From Candidatus Altimarinota bacterium (lineage in GTDB: Bacteria > Patescibacteriota > Gracilibacteria > CAIRYL01): 64,000 nt of DNA. A program made the position numbers and the translations under genes. Below the pieces are notes generated by a model. It was not told the origin of the DNA, ran no database searches, and saw nothing but the letters and a program-made list of their open reading frames with translations. The stretch's first letter is position 1, and each line of letters begins with the position of its first letter. The stretch spans positions 416,001 through 480,000 of the forward strand of contig OZ252287.1 of NCBI GenBank assembly GCA_965250085.1. The letters are read 5' to 3'. Below, piece after piece: positions 1 to 7,454 of this stretch.

Positions 1-179
1 GAGGCATAAACAATGGTAACCCGAACATAGACTATTTCATTAAAGGATTTTTTGTCAAATATTGTATTGCCCTTCATAATAAAAAGTTTGATTTTTCTGT
101 GTGAAACCGTAAAAATTCTCCGGACTCCTTGTCTGGCAATATTTACAAACTTTATACCTTTCTACTTTTTACTTTTTAT

Positions 180-264
180 GCCGCCATCGTCTCGTCAGCC
201 TTTGATGCTCTGAGCGCAGCCGAAGAGGAACAAAGTGCGATCCCGAAGAACGGGATGGTTAGGA
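180..264 (+). pseudogene. 5' fragment of tRNA-Glu interrupted by a 63-nt structured insert in the D-loop
   Basis: GCCGCCATCGTCT (180-192) and TGGTTAGGA (256-264) match the adjacent tRNA-Glu; bases 193-255 replace the 2 nt (AG) found between them in the intact gene. Confidence 0.75.
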
Positions 265-300
265 AATAGAAGCAAGTGCACGTTAATATCATTGCAGTAT

Positions 301-375
301 GCCGCCATCGTCTAGTGGTTAGGACGCCAGGTTCTCATCCTGGTAACAGGGGTTCGATTCCCCTTGGCGGTACCA
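301..375 (+). tRNA. tRNA-Glu (anticodon CTC)
   Basis: Cloverleaf: GCCGCCA/TGGCGGT acceptor stem, CCAGG-TTCTCAT-CCTGG anticodon arm, GGTTCGATTCC T-loop, encoded CCA. Confidence 0.97.
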
Positions 376-479
376 GAAGCAAATTACTTGCACAAAATTC
401 AGAGGCCCTGTAGCATTCCTCGGTCTTACTTTTCCTTCCCATTGCGAAATATGAGAAGGTATCTATAACCCACAAAGGT

Positions 480-1001
480 ATGAGCAAAGATCTCAAACAA
501 TATGAAATCATGCTTCTGATCAGTTCTGATCTTTCAGAAGCAGGTGCAAAAGAAGAAATTGATACTTTCAAATCTACTCTCGCTAAACAAAAAGGCGAAG
601 TAAATTTTGAAGATTTTTGGGGGAAACGAAAGTTAGCGTATCTCATTCAAAAACAAGATATGGGATACTACCATGTGATGCTCTTTACCTACCCAAGCGA
701 TCAATTGAGTACCTTGAAAAATGATTTGGAACTCAACAAGTCTTTCTTGAGATATTTGATTACTATTCCTCCAAAAGAATATCAGCCCATTACCTCTGGA
801 GAGATAGAAGCAAGCGAAGAAAAATACATGATAGAACTTGCTGCAAAGAAGGCGGGAAAGAAAAAGAAACCAACGGTAGCACCGACCTCTACGCCCGAAA
901 AACCGAAGGTGCATAAAGAGATAGAAAAGACATCTACTGACAGTGCTGAGGAGAGGGCTAAAAAACTTGATAAGATCCTCAGTGAAGATTTGAATATTTA
1001 A
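480..1001 (+). CDS. rpsF: 30S ribosomal protein S6 with long Lys/Glu-rich C-terminal extension
   Basis: YEIMLLI...FWGKRKLAYLIQKQDMGYY...FLRYLI S6 signature; upstream of rpsR. Confidence 0.95.
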   Translation: MSKDLKQYEIMLLISSDLSEAGAKEEIDTFKSTLAKQKGEVNFEDFWGKRKLAYLIQKQDMGYYHVMLFTYPSDQLSTLKNDLELNKSFLRYLITIPPKEYQPITSGEIEASEEKYMIELAAKKAGKKKKPTVAPTSTPEKPKVHKEIEKTSTDSAEERAKKLDKILSEDLNI

Positions 1002-1027
1002 TTTAATATAATTTAATTTTTTTTCTC

Positions 1028-1234
1028 ATGGCAAAAAAAAGGAGATCTCCCTTGGCATTAGATACAAAGTATGTCGATTACAAAAATATTACTTTGCTCA
1101 GAAACTTTACAACATACTTTTGGAAGATTAAACCTCGGTATTACACTGGCGCAACACTCAGGCAACAAAAAATGGTTTCTCGCGCCCTAAAAAGAGCCCG
1201 ATTTATGGGGTTAATCCCGTATATAAGGGATTAA
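1028..1234 (+). CDS. rpsR: 30S ribosomal protein S18 (no Zn-binding Cys)
   Basis: VDYKNITLLRNF...KIKPRYYTG...QQKMVSRALKRARFMGLIPY. Confidence 0.95.
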   Translation: MAKKRRSPLALDTKYVDYKNITLLRNFTTYFWKIKPRYYTGATLRQQKMVSRALKRARFMGLIPYIRD

Positions 1235-1276
1235 CAAGTTCATAAAGTAAAAAGTTTTAAAGTTTGTAAAGTTGAA
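1235..1276. repeat. Left arm: tandem (TAAAGTT)-like 8-9-mer array flanking the four-helix-bundle gene
   Basis: aagttcataaagtaaaaagttttaaagtttgtaaagttgaa; inverse of the array at 1615-1640. Confidence 0.7.
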
Positions 1277-1621
1277 ATGAAAATTGAGAGGTTTGAGGAC
1301 ATAATTGCATGGCAGAAAGCGAGAGAATTGACTGCTTTGATATATAAGATATTTAAAAATAATAAGGATTTTGGATTCCGTGACCAGATTCAAAGAGCCT
1401 CTGTTTCTATAATGAATAACATCGCAGAGGGTTTTGAAAGGGGAAGCAATCAGGATTTTAAAAGATTTCTTTTTATTGCAAAAAGCTCTTGTGGTGAAGT
1501 CAGATCGATGCTTCATATAGCACTTCCGATCGGATATGTCTCGCAGAAACAGTTTGAAAAGTTATATAATCTTACCTGTGAAATTTCTCGAACAATTTCA
1601 GGTCTCATAAAAACACTATAA
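1277..1621 (+). CDS. Four-helix-bundle protein (23S rRNA intervening-sequence protein / bAvd-like family)
   Basis: FEDIIAWQKARELT...DFGFRDQIQRASVSIMNNIAEGFERGS...F..FL.IAKSSCGEVRS family signature. Confidence 0.93.
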   Translation: MKIERFEDIIAWQKARELTALIYKIFKNNKDFGFRDQIQRASVSIMNNIAEGFERGSNQDFKRFLFIAKSSCGEVRSMLHIALPIGYVSQKQFEKLYNLTCEISRTISGLIKTL

Positions 1622-1640
1622 CTTTATAAACTTTTTAACT
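1615..1640. repeat. Right arm: (AACTTT)-type array, inverted relative to 1235-1276
   Basis: actataactttataaactttttaact. Confidence 0.65.
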
Positions 1641-1647
1641 CACTCTT

Positions 1648-2402
1648 TTGTCTGGACATTCCAAGTGGCATTCCATCAAGCACAAAAAAGGAGCGGCGGA
1701 TGCAGCGCGCGGGAAAATATTTACTCGTCACGCCAATTTGATCACTTTGGCTGCACGAGAAGGAGGAGGCGATGCGGAAATGAATCCTTCCCTTCGCTTA
1801 GCTATTGATAATGCAAAATCTGTCAATATGCCAAATTCAAATATAGATCGAGCTATCAAAAGAGGCACAGGGGAAGACAAGGAAGGAGCTCAGTTTTTTG
1901 AAGTACAGTATGAAGGATACGGATCTGATGGAGTGGCAGTCATCGTTAATGCTCTGACAGATAATAAAAACAGAACTGTCGCCAGTATCCGTAGTATTTT
2001 TACAAAAAATGGAGGAAGCCTTGGAGAAACTGGATGTGTGAGCTACATGTTTCATAAAAAAGGAGTTATTATACTCCAAGTCTCTTCCGAACAAACAGAA
2101 GAGGTTGAATTGCTTGCCATTGATCTGGGAGTAGAAGATGTTCAAGAAAGTGAAGAAGGTCTTGAAATTACAACCCCATCAGATACCTTTTTTACGGTAA
2201 AAGAAAAATTGGAGTCATCTGGGGCACATATTGTCAAAAGTGAACTTCTGCTTATCCTGAAAACACAGTACAAATTGAAAATGAAGAATCTGCTCGAAAA
2301 ATACTTCACCTGATCGAAGCTCTCGAGGAAGACTCTGATGTCTCCTCTGTGTCTGCAAATTTTGATATTCCAGATGACATCTTAGGGCGCATTGCTGAGT
2401 AA
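1648..2402 (+). CDS. yebC: YebC/PmpR family protein, frameshifted near 2247 (1-nt deletion; sequencing error or pseudogene)
   Basis: MSGHSKWHSIKHKKGAADAARGKIF; the conserved C-terminus (AYPENTVQI...LIEALEEDSDVSSVSANFD) continues in another frame to TAA at 2400-2402. Confidence 0.92.
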
Positions 2403-2497
2403 ATCAGTGACATAAAAATCAAAAAGGAGGGGTTTTTGCTTGCCTTGAATACGAAACGTGAGAAAATGAGCCTGTAATACTCTTGAGATATTTGTTT

Positions 2498-2926
2498 ATG
2501 GACTCTCAGGTTCTACAAAAACCTAACACCAATACTCAAAAAACAGAGGATTCTTCCTCTCCTCTTTTCATCTCTCATAAAGATCCTTCCGAGGCAAAGC
2601 TTGCTTTGGATGTTTTTGAAACAGGCACAGACCTTATACTCTTAGCTCCTCTTTCAGGTATTTATGTGGAAGAAGTAGAAGTTCTCCTCACAGAAGATGT
2701 GCTTACTATTTCTGGGAAAAGAGTATTTCCAGATGATATTGTACCCGAAAAATCAAAAGCTTTTTTAGAAGAATGCTATTGGGGTGGTTTTTCTCGTAGC
2801 ATCGTTCTCCCTGCAGCAGTGAATTCAGAAGATGCAACTGCAGAATTTATACGAGGAATTCTCACCATTCGTATACCAAAAGCCAAAAAAGTGAAGTCAA
2901 AAGTGATTCCTATTAAAATAGCATAA
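2498..2926 (+). CDS. Hsp20/alpha-crystallin small heat shock protein
   Basis: LDVFET...LTISGKR...ECYWGGFSRSIVLP...AEFIRGILTIRIPK and C-terminal IPI motif. Confidence 0.92.
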   Translation: MDSQVLQKPNTNTQKTEDSSSPLFISHKDPSEAKLALDVFETGTDLILLAPLSGIYVEEVEVLLTEDVLTISGKRVFPDDIVPEKSKAFLEECYWGGFSRSIVLPAAVNSEDATAEFIRGILTIRIPKAKKVKSKVIPIKIA

Positions 2927-3036
2927 CAGACTACTTTTCTCGAAAAGACAATTGGAACCTTTTGATTTTTAGGGCAAAAAGGAGTAGAATTATAAGATAT
3001 GTACACATTCAGATTCTCACTCGTTTTTTAAAAAAT

Positions 3037-3693
3037 ATGACTTCAAAAAGCGCCAAATACTCTTCATCAGATGCACATTATTCTCAGAAGATAATGGACC
3101 AATTGGCAACTTCTGAAGAATATAAAATAGCTGGTGAACACGAAAAAGCAATTGATATTGCAGAGAAGATTCTTTTAGACGATCCTTTGTGCTTAGCTGC
3201 TATAGAAGAGCTCGCTGATAATTTTCTTTCACTTGAGAAGTATAGCAAAGCAGAAAAATCTTCTGACTTCGCTCTCACATTAGATCCAAAAAGTTATATT
3301 GCCAACTATACCAAAGGATTTTTGGAGCTCTCTCATGGAAACTGGAAAAAAGCTGTGGGATATCTTCAAATCGCCAATGAAGGACAAACAAATAACCCCG
3401 AAATTTTACGATGTCTTGGATGGGGACTTTTTCATTCTGAGAATCAGATAGAAGGTCTTTCTACCCTTGATAGAGCACTTAATTTGCGTTCAGATGATCC
3501 CATGATCCTCTGTGATTTGGGAGTGTGCTGTCTTCACTGTAATTCATTTAAAAAAGCTGTTTCTCTCTTTGAGAAAGCATTAGAAGTTTCTCCTGGAAAT
3601 GTAAGAGCAGAAGAATGCCTTAAGGCCGCTCAAGATCTCAAAAACAAAATTGAAACTGCTCAAGAGGAGGAGGCATCACTTCCAAGTCTTTAA
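3037..3693 (+). CDS. Tetratricopeptide repeat protein
   Basis: Multiple TPR-like helices ending in ALTLDP, ALNLRSDDP, ALEVSPGN. Confidence 0.88.
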   Translation: MTSKSAKYSSSDAHYSQKIMDQLATSEEYKIAGEHEKAIDIAEKILLDDPLCLAAIEELADNFLSLEKYSKAEKSSDFALTLDPKSYIANYTKGFLELSHGNWKKAVGYLQIANEGQTNNPEILRCLGWGLFHSENQIEGLSTLDRALNLRSDDPMILCDLGVCCLHCNSFKKAVSLFEKALEVSPGNVRAEECLKAAQDLKNKIETAQEEEASLPSL

Positions 3694-3705
3694 AGAAATA
3701 GACCC

Positions 3706-4014
3706 GTGGCATTTATTGTCCATAATGAAGGATTTATTTGCTCGTATTGTGGCAAAAAAAATCCTCCTGCTGTGCGTACTTGCAGAAATCACTGCTATAC
3801 GTGTTTGTGCTCAAAGCACGTAGACGATGCAAGCCCTGGAGACAGAGCGTCCATGTGTAACGGAAAAATGGTTCCTATTAAAGTGATACCAGACTCAAAA
3901 AAAGATTGGATTATTCTTCATGAATGTCAAAAATGCGGAAAACAGATCCACAATAAAACAGCAGAAGATGATGATTTTGAACAGCTTTTGAAGATTGGAA
4001 AAAGTATATCGTAG
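3706..4014 (+). CDS. RNHCP domain protein (Zn-ribbon)
   Basis: NEGFICSYCG...RNHCYTCLCSKHVD...PGDRA..C.G.M...HECQKCG...NKTAEDD. Confidence 0.9.
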   Translation: MAFIVHNEGFICSYCGKKNPPAVRTCRNHCYTCLCSKHVDDASPGDRASMCNGKMVPIKVIPDSKKDWIILHECQKCGKQIHNKTAEDDDFEQLLKIGKSIS

Positions 4015-4078
4015 GCATTTAATCATTGGGATATGTACTCACCTTGAGCCTTTAGTTCTTGGCTATTAGCTCTTAGGA

Positions 4079-4152
4079 GTAGGGATTGATTGCACAATCC
4101 CTACAACTGAATTCAACACGCATCGTATAGGGGCTCAAAATTTTGAGCCCTC
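4079..4152. repeat. Two GTAG-type REP-like palindromes
   Basis: gtagggattg-attgca-caatccctac (4079-4104) and ggggctcaaaattttgagccc; same families as 48664-48887. Confidence 0.75.
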
Positions 4153-4297
4153 TGTGTTTGCAACGCGCACTAGCGAAATGTAGAAGTAAAGCAATGTTCT
4201 GTCATTACTTTATGAACTTTCGACTTTTTTTATCCTGAATTTGTTGAAGGAATGGACTTTTGACTTTCAAGGGTAACCAAATGGATCGCTCCTATGA

Positions 4298-5281
4298 CTA
4301 CTCTTGTGTTTCTACCTGTGCCAGCAGTATATCTGCTTGTGACTTTATTTTTTGTCCAATGGTCTGAGTTGATGGATCGTCTTCATAGGCGAGTCCTGCG
4401 AGTTCTTTTGCTTCATCTGCATATTGTACTAGGAGATCATTATCTCCTTCCAGTCCTGCTTTGTATGCCAAACAGAGAATCTTGAATCCTCTTGCTATTT
4501 TGTGAGCGGCTTGCACAATTCCTTCTTCTGGAGCCATACTGAGAGCTTGCTCGGCATAAAACACAGCATCACTGGCATCGGTCAGTGCCTGCTGAATGTT
4601 ATCTTCATTGAGATCCACGAGTACGTTTACGAGCTTTGATTCTGTAATGCTCAGCATCTTCTGAACATCTCCCCCTCTTTCTATGACGAGAAGTTTATAA
4701 ATAATTTCCGCACATTCTGCACGAGTGAGGAATCTTTCCGGTTCGAGTCTATTATCAAGCGAGGGGATAATGAGTCCCAATGTCTTTGCGTAACTCAGAT
4801 ACGGGAGGAACCATTGGCCCTCGGCAGTATCTGCCGAAATTGCTCCTACATCTTGGTGATTAGAAATATCCTCTTCAAAGGCCTGGATGAGCATTTTGAG
4901 AAATTCTGCCTTGTTGACCTGTCTCGCTGGTGCCAGATTTCCAGTCTTTCCGTCTCCCTTTACAATTCCCAGTGCCCGTGCCGTGACCGCATATGGTGCA
5001 AACCAGTCATCAGCGCTCGCATCTGGAAATCCTGTTTCTGTTACTTCTGTTGAAACTTCTATCCCAGCACTAATCAGGATCATTTTGAGTGCCTCCACAC
5101 GATTGACCGGTCCCTCGGGACCAAAATTGCCATCTGCATATCCATTGATGATTTCTAGATTTTTAAGAGACTCAATAGCCACATATTGTGGATGCGTTTC
5201 CGGTACATCTGGAAACGTTGCTGCTGTTGCGATGGAGAAATAAGAAGCAAACGCAAGGACGAATATAATGAGCCGTTTCAT
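4298..5281 (-). CDS. S-layer homology (SLH) domain protein with helical C-terminal domain
   Basis: Signal peptide; FPDV...IINGYADGNFGPEGPVNRVEALKM and two further SLH repeats. Confidence 0.88.
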   Translation of the reverse strand: MKRLIIFVLAFASYFSIATAATFPDVPETHPQYVAIESLKNLEIINGYADGNFGPEGPVNRVEALKMILISAGIEVSTEVTETGFPDASADDWFAPYAVTARALGIVKGDGKTGNLAPARQVNKAEFLKMLIQAFEEDISNHQDVGAISADTAEGQWFLPYLSYAKTLGLIIPSLDNRLEPERFLTRAECAEIIYKLLVIERGGDVQKMLSITESKLVNVLVDLNEDNIQQALTDASDAVFYAEQALSMAPEEGIVQAAHKIARGFKILCLAYKAGLEGDNDLLVQYADEAKELAGLAYEDDPSTQTIGQKIKSQADILLAQVETQE

Positions 5282-5388
5282 AATGTTTGTATAAAATAAG
5301 TATTCGGCAAAAAGATACGCCCTTTCAAAAAAAAAGTAAACAAAAATATCAGATCACTAAAATTTCACGAGCAAGCTCTTAAAAACAT

Positions 5389-7440
5389 CTATCGAATACG
5401 CTTAAGAACTGTTGAACTCTGATTAGCGAGAGTAGTGATATTTCCATTAGTTCCAGTGCTAGAGCATTGAACTTCATAATAATCATTGGCAGCAAAATTG
5501 TAGAGAAATGTCGCTGAATTACTTTCAAAATCATCGGTATTATTTCGGGAATATGCATGAGTTGTTCCTACTGCAGGATTTACTGTTACTCCATTGACAT
5601 AAAAGGCACAACTTGCAGTCCGTCTTGCATTTGCAGTCGTATCCCACGAAATATTATATGCTATTTCATAGAGACCAGCATTTGCCACAGTGACTCTACT
5701 GGGGTTCACTGCAGTAGAATGAGTATATGCTGCGTCTACTATTCGAGAAGTAGCACTCGCTCCATCCCAGTCAATTGGTGTCACAGCATTGAATGTGGTT
5801 GTCCCCGATTCATATACTTGGGCAACATCTGGCGCACTGGCAATGGATTGGAACGATCCACCATCATTGCTAAACTCCCACCTATTGGTTGTGGCGTTAT
5901 AACGCAGAATACCATCATTATCAGTACCCTGTTCAGCAATAAGATCAACATCAACTCCTGTACTCACATTATCCTGATCCAGAGTGAAAGTAGTTTCATT
6001 CGTCCCCAACCCCACACTTCCGGGAAGACCCTGATCACCTTTGTCTCCTTTGAGCCCTTCCAGTTTTACCACCGAAAAGAATATATCTCCTTGTGTGTCA
6101 TCAGCAACAGCATCTCTGGCAAGTTGAAGTGAAACAAAATCACCATCAGTAAGCTCTGCTAAGAAAGCTGAAGATGTTGTTGAATATTCACCTTGGAAGT
6201 TTTTATTATAAGAGGATGACTCTGTGAGAACTGTGGCGTCATTGATTCGCACCCGCCCAAGTGCTTCATGAGTAGATGTAGCAGTTGCACCGGCAATAAA
6301 ACTATAAATAATTTGATACAGGCCTGTTTCTTTAATCAATATACGATCAGTATTGGTATTGTCATGCTCAATAATATCAGTATTGTTTTCTATATCTGTT
6401 GTATCCAATGTTATATCTGTAAATGTAGTGGTTAAAGTAAAACTCGTAGTCCTTCGTGACTGCACAGCCGGAAACTGAATAGTAGATCCGAGAACATTCT
6501 CCAGAGGGTTAAAGCTCGTCCCATCACAAATATATGTAAATGAATCTGTCGTATCATAGTATACTCGTCCTATAGATGTTCCATCGCATGTTGGAGCTGA
6601 AGTAAGATTTTCAATATAAAAATTTTGAAGTTCGTTTCCTTCAAGACTTAAATCATTACTGAGTTCAAATCGAATATCTCCAATAGAATCGAATATAAGA
6701 GTTTGCCAAATGTCATTGTTAACTCCTAGGTTGATGGTTCCATTACTATCGGTAGCGGCATGATCATCAGCTATATACATTTCACCGACTGTGGCTAAAT
6801 TTCCTTCGATTCTCACATCATCGGTAAAGACAAATCGGGTATTGTCTACATCGTACTGCAGAAATTCTGACAAAGTACTTCCAAATTGTAAATCAATAGT
6901 GCCAGTGCTTACACTATCATCTTGGTCCAAAATAAATGTATCGGCTCCAGTAGCGTCATTTGTATACACGCTCTCGAAAATATCTGGTCCATTTTCCACT
7001 AATGGGAAACGATCCAAAATACTATTATTGATATAGGTATCCGTGTAGACAGTGTAGTTGGTATCCGGGTCTCCATCATCTTTATATTCTACCATCAAAA
7101 ATTGGTTTTCATGGGTAGTCTGAGGAAAACCTGACAAAATACTCAAGGCTATTTTCAGTCGACCTAAACCATCTGGTGTGCGAGTAGTTTCCATATTATA
7201 ATTCGCGTATTTTGAAGCACTGGTGTTAATAGCTCCTGCTCCAGTAATATCGCCACTTTCCAATCGGCCATCTGACCACAAGCTCAGACGAATATTCTGA
7301 ACAGTAGTGATAGGACTCCCATCATTGAGCGTTAAAGACACCGAAGTAAGGTAATTTTTCGCAAAAACATTTTCAAATGACCCTCCTCCGATGAGCAGGA
7401 GGGCAAGAAAGCCGAGAAAAAGTGTTTTTACAAATTTCAT
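5389..7440 (-). CDS. Secreted mosaic fibre-like protein (collagen triplets, two C1q/BclA-like domains)
   Basis: Signal peptide; LDQDD..LQFG module, APTCD...YICDG module, GLKGDKGDQGLPG, two domains with GLYxIxY motif. Confidence 0.75.
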   Translation of the reverse strand: MKFVKTLFLGFLALLLIGGGSFENVFAKNYLTSVSLTLNDGSPITTVQNIRLSLWSDGRLESGDITGAGAINTSASKYANYNMETTRTPDGLGRLKIALSILSGFPQTTHENQFLMVEYKDDGDPDTNYTVYTDTYINNSILDRFPLVENGPDIFESVYTNDATGADTFILDQDDSVSTGTIDLQFGSTLSEFLQYDVDNTRFVFTDDVRIEGNLATVGEMYIADDHAATDSNGTINLGVNNDIWQTLIFDSIGDIRFELSNDLSLEGNELQNFYIENLTSAPTCDGTSIGRVYYDTTDSFTYICDGTSFNPLENVLGSTIQFPAVQSRRTTSFTLTTTFTDITLDTTDIENNTDIIEHDNTNTDRILIKETGLYQIIYSFIAGATATSTHEALGRVRINDATVLTESSSYNKNFQGEYSTTSSAFLAELTDGDFVSLQLARDAVADDTQGDIFFSVVKLEGLKGDKGDQGLPGSVGLGTNETTFTLDQDNVSTGVDVDLIAEQGTDNDGILRYNATTNRWEFSNDGGSFQSIASAPDVAQVYESGTTTFNAVTPIDWDGASATSRIVDAAYTHSTAVNPSRVTVANAGLYEIAYNISWDTTANARRTASCAFYVNGVTVNPAVGTTHAYSRNNTDDFESNSATFLYNFAANDYYEVQCSSTGTNGNITTLANQSSTVLKRIR

Positions 7441-7454
7441 GAATATAAAAAGAG

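Noticed and set aside
1211-1516. Antisense ORF ending in LIPYIRD like rpsR
   Set aside because: A consequence of the palindrome at 1210-1235 and a shadow of the four-helix-bundle gene
2403-2497. CIRCE/HrcA operator upstream of hsp20
   Set aside because: No TTAGCACTC-N9-GAGTGCTAA match seen
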